41,285 nt of DNA from a virus (IMGVR_UViG_3300049171_000184:1-41285), one strand, 5' to 3'; shown: positions 7,528 through 15,088, numbered from the stretch's first letter. Numbers and translations: made by a program. The notes: a model not told the origin generated them from the letters alone.

Positions 7528-8100
7528 GTGTTCGGCTTCATAAAGCGCTTGTTCGGCGGCAATTCACCTGCTGAGACGACAACGTTCGGTCACCCTCCGG
7601 CGCCAGACGCTAGTCCGGCTCGAGGTGCGCCGTTCACGCCACGACCGAAACCACCTCCGCGCCGACCGGGCCCGGTCACGCCGCGACCGTCGTTCGCACC
7701 TAAGCCGGCGCCGTCTGGGACTGCTCGAGCCACCGTGACAACTGCACCAGCGCGCGCACCAAAGAAGGCCTTCCCGATCGGCATCGTCGGCGAGAGCAAG
7801 TATCAGCGCTCGATCGCCGCTTGCCACGAGGAAGACGAGGTCCTGATCTGGCACGAAGCGGACAACCCTTACGACGAGCGCGCGCTGGCGGTGACTGCTC
7901 GAGGCGAAACCATCGGTTACATTCCGCGCGACAGTTTCCTGCATCGTGGGCTGCTGGACGAAAAGCAGGCTTGCAGCGCGCGCATCATGAAGCTGCAGCG
8001 CGGGCACGAGAGGGGCAACACCGGAGTGGTCATCGAGGTGGAGCTGCTGGGGCGGGGTGAGGCGCCACTCGCGCAGCGGGGATATGAGGATCGGCAATGA
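7528..8100 (+). CDS. HIRAN-domain protein with an amphipathic N-terminus and Pro-rich linker
   Basis: MFGFIKRLFGG, Pro-rich stretch, then IVGESKYQ...HEADNPYDERALAV...IGYIPR. Confidence 0.85.
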   Translation: MFGFIKRLFGGNSPAETTTFGHPPAPDASPARGAPFTPRPKPPPRRPGPVTPRPSFAPKPAPSGTARATVTTAPARAPKKAFPIGIVGESKYQRSIAACHEEDEVLIWHEADNPYDERALAVTARGETIGYIPRDSFLHRGLLDEKQACSARIMKLQRGHERGNTGVVIEVELLGRGEAPLAQRGYEDRQ

Positions 8101-8909
8101 CGGCTGTACACCCTACCGCTCAGCAGGCTTTCGACCAGATGCTCAAGACCACCTCTGGTCACCCTGTCGGCAAGTCTACGGCATTCCTTTGCCCGTTCGC
8201 GAATTGCAAAACTTTCGCTCTCCAGAACTGGGGCAGTGTTCACAGCTTGACGGTGCACCTAGGCCCCAACACGGCCACAACGCGCATCTTAACGCCAGGC
8301 ACACCGGTGGACGCGTCATTGTGCCCGGCGTGCGGGCAAGAGGCGATTTACGTCAACCAGCGTTTGGTGCACCCAAAGCAGCTGGATGCTCCTGATGCGC
8401 ATCCGGACATGCCGCAGCAGCTGCAGGGCGACTACGAGGAGGCTCGTGTGATTTTTCACGACTCTCCGCGCGGTGCTGCTGCGCTGCTCCGCTTGGTTGT
8501 TCAAAAGCTTTGCCCGCTCCTCGGTGCGAAGGCAGGTGACATCAACAACGCGATCGGAGAGCTAGTCCAGAGGGGAATCATCCCGGCTGTGGTTCAGCAG
8601 GCGCTCGATACCGTTCGCGTGGTAGGCAACGAAGCCGTCCATCCTGGCGAGCTCGACCTCCGCGACGACGAGCCGACGGTTCTCGCCTTGTTCAAGCTAA
8701 TCAACTTCATTGTCGAGAAGGCGATTACCGAGCCTCAGGAAGTGAAGGCGCTCTTTGCTTCGCTTCCGCCTGCGAAGCTGGCTGGCATTCAAAACCGGGA
8801 CGCTCGAGCAGCGCCGCAACCAGAGCCTGAGGAGGAAGCGACTAATGGCGAAGAAACCAGACCTGCCGAAGTACCACCTGGTGCCGAAGGACAGCAAATG
8901 GCGCCTTGA
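8097..8909 (+). CDS. DUF4145 (HEPN-like) protein with an N-terminal Zn ribbon
   Basis: CPFANC...CPAC; DYEEA...SPRGAAALLRLVVQKLC...LDTVRVVGNEAVHPG. Confidence 0.88.
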   Translation: MTAVHPTAQQAFDQMLKTTSGHPVGKSTAFLCPFANCKTFALQNWGSVHSLTVHLGPNTATTRILTPGTPVDASLCPACGQEAIYVNQRLVHPKQLDAPDAHPDMPQQLQGDYEEARVIFHDSPRGAAALLRLVVQKLCPLLGAKAGDINNAIGELVQRGIIPAVVQQALDTVRVVGNEAVHPGELDLRDDEPTVLALFKLINFIVEKAITEPQEVKALFASLPPAKLAGIQNRDARAAPQPEPEEEATNGEETRPAEVPPGAEGQQMAP

Positions 8910-9093
8910 ACCCGAAGGTGGTGGTCGGGCGAAGAGGGTGTTCGATAATAAGGCAGACGCCACAAAGGGGGGCGCCCTGAAGGATGCGCTCGGGGGCGCC
9001 GGCGGATCGGTGCGGATCCATAAGCAGAATGGCACAATCCAGGAGGAACGCACCTACCCGCGGGGCAAAGATCCCAAAGGTTCTCCCGGCTGA
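8845..9093 (+). CDS. DUF2188 family protein
   Basis: YHLVPKDSKW...RAKRVFDNKADA...VRIHKQNGTIQEERTYPRGKDP; start lies inside the tail of the DUF4145 gene. Confidence 0.88.
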   Translation: MAKKPDLPKYHLVPKDSKWRLEPEGGGRAKRVFDNKADATKGGALKDALGGAGGSVRIHKQNGTIQEERTYPRGKDPKGSPG

Positions 9094-9152
9094 AGAAGCC
9101 ACTGCACCGCCATTCACCGGTGTGTTAGGCGTGCAAGCGTAGGGGGGGGCGT

Positions 9153-10079
9153 GTGGCGACATTGACACTATCAGACCGGCCGCCAGGGCCGCCGAGAGCT
9201 GATTTCGGTTTCGAGATCGACTTTCAGCGGGGTGTCGGGCCCGCGTCACGCGTTTTCTTGGCCACTCATAGCTTCATTAAGGCGTGTGAAGCGCTGGACG
9301 ATGAACTGGTCAGATCAATCGACTCCAGCATCGAGACGGTGCTGGTGCTCGAGGATATCGAGGCCGGATCGATACGGACCTGGCTGCGCAATGCCTTGGT
9401 TGCCGCCGACGACGAGGCGCTCAAGTCGCTCGATTGGAAGCCACTCGTCGGCATGTACCTGGTGCGCGCCAAGTACGCTGTTATTCGCTGGATCGATGAC
9501 GACAGCGCGCCTCGAAGCCTTCCCGATCTACGGCGCGAGATTCAGCAGATCGCGGCAGAGACTGATGTGCGGCACTTGCCAGACTACACTGCACCATCGC
9601 CCGGCGCACTGATCTCAGCGATCAAAGACTTTCAGGCGGTGAAGGACCGTCTGGCACCAGGTGACCGAGCTACGCTGATCTCCAGCGAGGGCGACCTCGA
9701 GTTCAACTTGTCGGTCACCCTGCAGATCGAGGACATCGAGGCGCTGGCCGTGGCGCGTACGATCGAGAACCCGCCTATCGAGATGATCCTACCGGTCAAG
9801 AAGCCGGACTATCTCGGCGAAAGCATGTGGGAGCTTCGGCACGGTCGGCGAAACATCAACGCCAAGATTGAGCATCAGGCCTGGGTGAGATCGTTTCAAC
9901 AACGGCAGGTGGACGTCCGCCCTGGCGATGCGCTTCGATGCGTTGTGAAAATCGAGATGCTCTATGGCTTCGACAACGAGCTGCTGACTGAGCGCTTCAC
10001 CGTTCTCGAGGTACTCGAGGTGCTGGTGAACCGCTTCCAGGTTCTGGACCTTCCCTTCGATGATTTGGACGATCGGTGA
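9153..10079 (+). CDS. Conserved-looking hypothetical protein (308 aa)
   Basis: Long ORF with protein-like composition (LEDIEAGSIRTWL, VKKPDYLGESMW); G-run RBS; no family recognised with certainty. Confidence 0.8.
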   Translation: MATLTLSDRPPGPPRADFGFEIDFQRGVGPASRVFLATHSFIKACEALDDELVRSIDSSIETVLVLEDIEAGSIRTWLRNALVAADDEALKSLDWKPLVGMYLVRAKYAVIRWIDDDSAPRSLPDLRREIQQIAAETDVRHLPDYTAPSPGALISAIKDFQAVKDRLAPGDRATLISSEGDLEFNLSVTLQIEDIEALAVARTIENPPIEMILPVKKPDYLGESMWELRHGRRNINAKIEHQAWVRSFQQRQVDVRPGDALRCVVKIEMLYGFDNELLTERFTVLEVLEVLVNRFQVLDLPFDDLDDR

Positions 10080-10282
10080 CCCACCACGGGGGTATGCTGG
10101 ACGCACTACGGGGGTACAGCCGCCGATCCGCCCCACTACCGGCCTGTGTTTCCGCGGCCGGGCGCGACCGGGCCGGATGGCACCTCCGCCGCGGTGTGTC
10201 GGCGGCGGGCAGCCGTGAAAGCACAATAGCGCTGCGGACTGGCAACTGAGAGCGAGTGCTGCTCGCGGGCAAGGAACGCCTC

Positions 10283-10906
10283 ATGGCTATGACTCAAGTA
10301 AACCGTGATCACATCATGCTTCTCTTCGCCCTCACTGAATGTGGGAGCGCGCTCGCCAACCTCGATGAAGTAGACCGGCTGGCAAATGTGAGAGAGCAGA
10401 TCCAACCCGGTGTTGAGAGGCGCGCACGCGGGCGCATTTTTGATCACATCCGTCTAGCTCTGCAAATGGCAGCGAATGTGTCGCGCTTGTTCTGGCCAGC
10501 GACGCCTGGAAAGCCGAACACAGGGCAGCGTATAGCGCGGGACCGAGGGGTTCGCCTGCGATCGGTCACAGGTTTGCCCGAGACCCATGGTCTTAGGTCA
10601 CGCACTCTCCGCAATCATATCGAGCATCTCGACGAGCGCTTGGACGCGTGGACCGAAACCTCTCCTCGGCCATTTCTGGGCATCCAGTTTGTCGTTCATG
10701 ATGATGAGCCGTCGCCTGGAGCGCAGCGAGACGAGCTAATTGATGCGACCGCGATCGTTTATGATACGAAGAACAAGTCGGTTCAACTGTTTGGTGACTG
10801 CTTCTTGCTGCTCGACCTGCGTGTAGATCTAGAGGAAGTCCACCAGAAAATCAGCGAGTCGATGAGCGTCGTAAGGGGCCCTGGATGGAGGTCTATCAGG
10901 GGATAG
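10283..10906 (+). CDS. Hypothetical protein with a HEPN-type R-x4-H motif
   Basis: LRNHIEHLDERLD in a helical context; AAGGA RBS 7 nt before ATG 10283. Confidence 0.7.
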   Translation: MAMTQVNRDHIMLLFALTECGSALANLDEVDRLANVREQIQPGVERRARGRIFDHIRLALQMAANVSRLFWPATPGKPNTGQRIARDRGVRLRSVTGLPETHGLRSRTLRNHIEHLDERLDAWTETSPRPFLGIQFVVHDDEPSPGAQRDELIDATAIVYDTKNKSVQLFGDCFLLLDLRVDLEEVHQKISESMSVVRGPGWRSIRG

Positions 10907-11049
10907 TTGAGCCGATTTTTCATAACTTCCCGGCAATGGAATGCCCGGCAGCGAAACTGATCTTCTCTGGGGCCTTGCTGCTACCAGGCCGGAGGTCGCA
11001 TCCGCCGCGATGGCGCTGATGGGCTCGCAAACCAACTCTAGGGGGAAAC

Positions 11050-11760
11050 ATGGCGATAGAGCCGACGACGCACAGAAAGACTTTGCAGTACGTGGGCTTC
11101 GCTGCGTCGGCCCTGTACTTGGGAGTGGCAGGCTGGCTCGTTGCCACATCCTCGACACCGGTCGGTTCACTAGCGCCCAACGAACTCGGCGACTTCCTCG
11201 CGGGAATATTCGCCCCTCTGGCCTTCTTCTGGCTTGTCTTGGGTTTCGTGCAGCAAGGGCATGAGCTGCGAAACAGTGCCGCTGCTTTGTGGTTACAAAG
11301 TGAGGAGTTGCGAAATTCTGTAGAGCAGCAGCGCGAACTAGTGAATGTTACAAGAGAACAGCTCGCGCTTGACCGCGAACACAGCCTAGCTGCCGAGACT
11401 GAGGCGCGTCGTTCTGCCGAGCCTATCCTATCGCTCGTTTCCCGGGGCAGTCTTGAAGCTGGGTCAGACAGAATATTTCGATTCTCCCTCGTTAATTCTG
11501 GCCGAACCTGCACGAGCATCAGGGTGATCTCATCGGTCCATCTAGATGGCCCTAAGCAGCATGTTTCCCTCCCCGAGCACGCTTCTGTTGACGTCAATTT
11601 CCCGATGCGGATTGCTGAACCCCGGACCGTGATCATCACCGTGACCTACCGAAATGCCCGCGACGAAGCTGGCCAGCGAGACTTCGTTCTCACTCCAATC
11701 AAGAGCGGTAGTGATTGGAACCTCGAGGTGATGGACGATCAGCCGCCAGAGGCGACCTAA
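11050..11760 (+). CDS. Two-TM membrane protein with a coiled coil and a soluble C-terminal domain
   Basis: TM1 YVGFAASALYLGVAGWLV; PNELGDFLAGIFAPLAFFWLVLGFVQQGHEL; coiled coil EELRNSVEQQREL. Confidence 0.8.
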   Translation: MAIEPTTHRKTLQYVGFAASALYLGVAGWLVATSSTPVGSLAPNELGDFLAGIFAPLAFFWLVLGFVQQGHELRNSAAALWLQSEELRNSVEQQRELVNVTREQLALDREHSLAAETEARRSAEPILSLVSRGSLEAGSDRIFRFSLVNSGRTCTSIRVISSVHLDGPKQHVSLPEHASVDVNFPMRIAEPRTVIITVTYRNARDEAGQRDFVLTPIKSGSDWNLEVMDDQPPEAT

Positions 11761-11798
11761 GCTCATGTAGACAGAGTAAAACATCGCTTTTTTCCGAT

Positions 11799-11813
11799 TT
11801 TCTCATTATGTTC
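11799..11813 (+). promoter_or_regulatory. Candidate alphaproteobacterial LexA (SOS) box
   Basis: TTTC-TCATTAT-GTTC, one mismatch to GTTC-N7-GTTC, in an AT-rich stretch 23 nt upstream of the 11837 start. Confidence 0.5.
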
Positions 11814-11836
11814 CGTTCACTGGGTGGGACTGCCAG

Positions 11837-12274
11837 ATGAACGTGAAAATCTACGATGACCCTCGGCTTGCCCCCGAGATGGCGAGCTTCCGCCTGCTAG
11901 TCCTCGCGTTCGTCCGCGATTACATCGCATTGCTAGGCGATAGCCCGAGCCAAGGCGAGATCGCGGCCAAGCTAAAGAGCAATCGCAAGCGCGTGATGAA
12001 GGCCCTGCGCTCACTTGAGCGGGAAGGGCTGCTGATCCGCACGCCTGGCACCCGGGGCCTGAAGCTTCCCAGCATGCGAGACGAGGCGGTCCGCCAGCTG
12101 CGAAGCATGGGTTGGGTGGTCGACGAGGACATTTGCCACGCCGCGCCTCCGGAGGGGCTGCCGGTAACAAAAAGGACCCTGCTGACTACGCCCGCCCTGG
12201 ATTACCTCCCGTCTCGGACGGGAGATCATGATGGCAGCTCGAAAGGCGAGGACGCCCCTCGCAAAGCAGGTTGA
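11837..12274 (+). CDS. Stand-alone LexA-type winged-HTH regulator (no peptidase domain)
   Basis: FVRDYIALLGDSPSQGEIAAKL...VMKALRSLEREGLLIRTPG resembles the LexA N-terminal DNA-binding domain. Confidence 0.8.
   Translation: MNVKIYDDPRLAPEMASFRLLVLAFVRDYIALLGDSPSQGEIAAKLKSNRKRVMKALRSLEREGLLIRTPGTRGLKLPSMRDEAVRQLRSMGWVVDEDICHAAPPEGLPVTKRTLLTTPALDYLPSRTGDHDGSSKGEDAPRKAG
12163..12182 (+). repeat. 20-bp direct repeat, copy 1 (GGTAACAAAAAGGACCCTGC)
   Basis: Identical to 13044-13063; ends 45 nt before the 12228 start. Confidence 0.9.
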
Positions 12275-12860
12275 CGAACGCCGCCTGCGGATCCGTGAGG
12301 CTTACGCCGCGCGGCATCCAGCGCGGGCTCGGGATGAGCGAGAGCTTCGGAAGGCGAACGCTGCGGTTCAGGCCAAATACGGTAAGAAGCTTTACGGCAC
12401 CCCAGAGACGCACGCCAAGGCCGCCACGGTCCAGCAAGGCGCCTTGGCGCGCCTGTGCCTCTCCGGATCGATCGACGCGGACCAGCTAGCGTACGCCACG
12501 GAGATCCGGCGCGTAGCAGAGCGGATTGGTGCCGACGTCGCGATCGGCATTGCCAGCCTCGAAACCCGGGTCGACCAGAGCCGTCACTTTGGCGACACGT
12601 TCTTCGAGAAGCTGGGCGCCGTGCGCGCGGAGGTCGCCTACAGTGCCTGGCGCTCATGGCTGCCGGCGCCGGGCCCGGTGCTAGCGATGATCGTCGACGA
12701 CGTCGCCTGCAGTCTGGCTGCAAAGCAGTTCCGCCGGGACACGAGAACCATGCGCAAGCTACTGATCGAGGCGCTGGATGCCTGGCCGAACTTCCGCGCG
12801 GATGCTCGCCGTGAGGTGAACGAGGCCACCTTGCTGGCCGCACAGGCGGCGTTGCTGTGA
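12228..12860 (+). CDS. DUF6456/GafZ-like late-gene transcription regulator (occupies the Q position)
   Basis: ALARLCLSGSIDADQLAYATEIRR...LETRVD...VLAMIVDDVACSLAAKQFRRDTRTMRKLLIEALDAW (sigma4-like HTH) matches the DUF6456 pattern from memory; last gene before the late leader. Confidence 0.6.
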   Translation: MMAARKARTPLAKQVDERRLRIREAYAARHPARARDERELRKANAAVQAKYGKKLYGTPETHAKAATVQQGALARLCLSGSIDADQLAYATEIRRVAERIGADVAIGIASLETRVDQSRHFGDTFFEKLGAVRAEVAYSAWRSWLPAPGPVLAMIVDDVACSLAAKQFRRDTRTMRKLLIEALDAWPNFRADARREVNEATLLAAQAALL

Positions 12861-13048
12861 ACTCCCTGCGCCGCTGGTTCAGGTTCCCAAAGCGGATCGA
12901 CGTGGTGCTGGCGCCTCGGGACTGGAGTTTCAGCACCTACCCGCGCGGCATCATCGTGAAGGTGACGGGGCACTACGACTACGATGGCAGCGGTCGGATC
13001 GTTCGGGATGCCATCCGCCTTGGTCCCGCGCTCAGATCCGAGGGGTAA
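12857..13048 (+). CDS. Hypothetical protein (63 aa)
   Basis: GTGA overlap with the upstream stop. Confidence 0.55.
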   Translation: MNSLRRWFRFPKRIDVVLAPRDWSFSTYPRGIIVKVTGHYDYDGSGRIVRDAIRLGPALRSEG

Positions 13049-13063
13049 CAAAAAGGACCCTGC
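13044..13063 (+). repeat. 20-bp direct repeat, copy 2, at the head of the late leader
   Basis: Identical to 12163-12182. Confidence 0.9.
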
Positions 13064-13132
13064 CGTTTCGCCACGGAATCGGCCAGGAACAACCCCGCGA
13101 TAGTTCCGTCTTAGTTCATCAGATCCCCCCGG

Positions 13133-13166
13133 AGGCCCGTTCACCCAAATGGTGAGCGGGCCTTTT
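13133..13166 (+). terminator. Intrinsic terminator in the late leader
   Basis: AGGCCCGTTCACC-caaat-GGTGAGCGGGCCT followed by a T run. Confidence 0.75.
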
Positions 13167-13186
13167 GCATTGTGGAGCTCACATGC

Positions 13187-13378
13187 GTGGCATCCGCTAA
13201 TCTCATCCGCCGGCCATCGCTCGAGCAGTTGCTCGACAACCAGGTGGGCGAACTCGACCAGCTGATCGGCGAAGTGCGCGCGGGGATCCGCAGCGCGCCG
13301 CGGTACGACGAGCTCGAACGGCGCGCGACGTCCATCGCGAACGGGATCCGTGACGCATTTCGAAAGGGACGTGCCTGA
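13187..13378 (+). CDS. Hypothetical protein
   Basis: GGAG RBS 9 nt before GTG 13187; TGATG-coupled to the next ORF. Confidence 0.6.
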   Translation: MASANLIRRPSLEQLLDNQVGELDQLIGEVRAGIRSAPRYDELERRATSIANGIRDAFRKGRA

Positions 13379-13545
13379 TGGTTGACCTAGCCAGCCTCAA
13401 GCGCGCTGCCGAAGCGGGCGATGCTGCCGAGGAAGTGCCGATCACCCGGCGCTGCCTGGCGAAGATCGTCGAAGAGCTGGCGGCTTGCCGAGCCTCTGCC
13501 GCGCGGCCCAATGCGTTTGGGCTTGGTCCGGAGACGGCCCTTTGA
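13378..13545 (+). CDS. 55-aa hypothetical protein (not in the ORF track)
   Basis: MVDLASLKRAAEAGDAAEEVPITRRCLAKIVEELAACRASAARPNAFGLGPETAL; overlaps both neighbours. Confidence 0.55.
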   Translation: MVDLASLKRAAEAGDAAEEVPITRRCLAKIVEELAACRASAARPNAFGLGPETAL

Positions 13546-13889
13546 ACTCGTTGCGCCTCGATCCAGCGATCGGGCGCAGAGTGCGCGCCGATCGGGCGCT
13601 CGTGCGCCAGATCGGTGTGCTCGCCGGCGGTGCCGGAACTCTGGTCCATCATAGCCAGACAGCCTGGTCGAGCCCCACATTCGCTGGAACGCGGCACCGG
13701 ATGGCCTGGACCTTCGCCCGCGAGAACGAGATAGCTCACGGTCACGCGATGGCCGCCTGCCTGCCGAGCCATGACTTCGATCTCCCCGGCCATTTAGTGG
13801 TTTCGTCCAGTGTGACCTCGAGCGAACGGCGCATGGATCCTCCGCACATGCTCGTCGAGCTTGAGTTGATGCTGCTCGAGGAGGCGTGA
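13542..13889 (+). CDS. Hypothetical protein of a conserved sphingomonad-type family
   Basis: WSSPTFAGTRH and LPSHDFDLPGHLV motifs; TTG start overlapping the upstream TGA, with a GGAG RBS. Confidence 0.6.
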   Translation: MNSLRLDPAIGRRVRADRALVRQIGVLAGGAGTLVHHSQTAWSSPTFAGTRHRMAWTFARENEIAHGHAMAACLPSHDFDLPGHLVVSSSVTSSERRMDPPHMLVELELMLLEEA

Positions 13890-13890
13890 G

Positions 13891-14412
13891 ATGGTGAAGG
13901 TCGCCACGCCCCGTTCGCTGAAGGCGGCGTCCAGCCTGCTCGAGCGCTATGCCGAGCTGCAGAGCCAGATCGACCTGACCGATGCCGATCGTGCGTCGAG
14001 CATCGCTGACGTGAACGCGCGCTGCGATGCTGCAACTGCCGCGCCGCTCGAGGAGCGCGCGGCTATCCGCACGGCCCTTGAGCTGTGGTGGGGCGACAAG
14101 GGTGAGGCGCTCACCGAGGCCAAGCGCAAGTCCATCGAGCTTGGTGGCTGCATGATCGGCAGCCGTGCCGGCCGTGCATCTCTCGACGTGGCCGGGAACG
14201 AGCAAGCCATTCTGAAGTCTCTCCAGCGCCGTAAGTGGGCGCAGGATCTGCTGCGGGTCAAAGCGACCCTCGATCGGCCCGCCATCCTCAAGGCCCTGGG
14301 CGGCGCCTACAGGAAGCAGCTCGCCGCGCTGGGTCTGCGCCGCAAGGAAGGCGAGGAGACGTTCTTCATCGAGCGGGCCGAGCAGGCCGGCACCCTGGCG
14401 GGAGCAGAGTGA
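13891..14412 (+). CDS. gam: Mu Gam-like host-nuclease inhibitor (DNA end-binding protein)
   Basis: Long coiled N-terminal half, then WW...LTEAKRKSIELGGCMIGSR...LRVKATLDRPAIL...ETFFIE, typical of the Mu Gam family. Confidence 0.8.
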   Translation: MVKVATPRSLKAASSLLERYAELQSQIDLTDADRASSIADVNARCDAATAAPLEERAAIRTALELWWGDKGEALTEAKRKSIELGGCMIGSRAGRASLDVAGNEQAILKSLQRRKWAQDLLRVKATLDRPAILKALGGAYRKQLAALGLRRKEGEETFFIERAEQAGTLAGAE

Positions 14413-14648
14413 TGCTGAAGCTGGCGCACTTCCACCTGGTCAACCAGGTCGCCTGCACCCGCGACGTGCTGATCGAGAAGCTGCGCCACGTTGAGGCTGG
14501 CGATTTCGTGGTCACCATCGGTGGCCGGGAGCGCGAGGACGACGAGACGAAGCGAGTGGTCAAGCCCGTGCCGCGGCAGCTGCTGCAGGCGCGCATCCGT
14601 TCGCTCAACGCCGATCTGGGCGGCTTCGGCGTCGACGTCGTCGACTGA
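14412..14648 (+). CDS. Hypothetical protein (78 aa)
   Basis: TGATG coupling on both sides. Confidence 0.65.
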   Translation: MLKLAHFHLVNQVACTRDVLIEKLRHVEAGDFVVTIGGREREDDETKRVVKPVPRQLLQARIRSLNADLGGFGVDVVD

Positions 14649-15088
14649 TGCCGGCTCGGCTGCCCGTGTTCCGCCCGCCAGGCTGGCAGGAGCGGAAGGC
14701 TTGGGCTCCACGTGCAGGCCGGAAGGCGGTCGAGCGGAAGCGCGGTCGGGCTGGCCAGCGCGATCGCCGCCAGGTCATCGAAGAGGAACCGTTCTGCAGG
14801 CTCTGCCTGGCGCAGGACACGCAGCGGCCGACCGACGTGGTCGACCACATCGTGCCGCTCGCCTGGGGCGGCCCTGACGAACGATGGAACAAGCAGGGCC
14901 TCTGCAACGAGTGCCACGACGCGAAGTCGCTGAGGGAGCGTCTGGAAGGCCCACCGGCCGACCTGGGACTGCGGGTGCGCCGCCTGAAGAACCAGTGGCT
15001 GGCCTCGGCCGAGGCCACCGAGGCCGTTCAAGATGAAGGCCGCGAGGATGAACGCCCGAGCGGTTCACCTTCGAGGCCTCGAACCTGA
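14648..15088 (+). CDS. HNH endonuclease (HK97 gp74-like, terminase-associated)
   Basis: EPFCRLC...VVDHIVPLAWGG...NKQGLCNECHDAKS; lies directly before terS. Confidence 0.9.
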   Translation: MPARLPVFRPPGWQERKAWAPRAGRKAVERKRGRAGQRDRRQVIEEEPFCRLCLAQDTQRPTDVVDHIVPLAWGGPDERWNKQGLCNECHDAKSLRERLEGPPADLGLRVRRLKNQWLASAEATEAVQDEGREDERPSGSPSRPRT

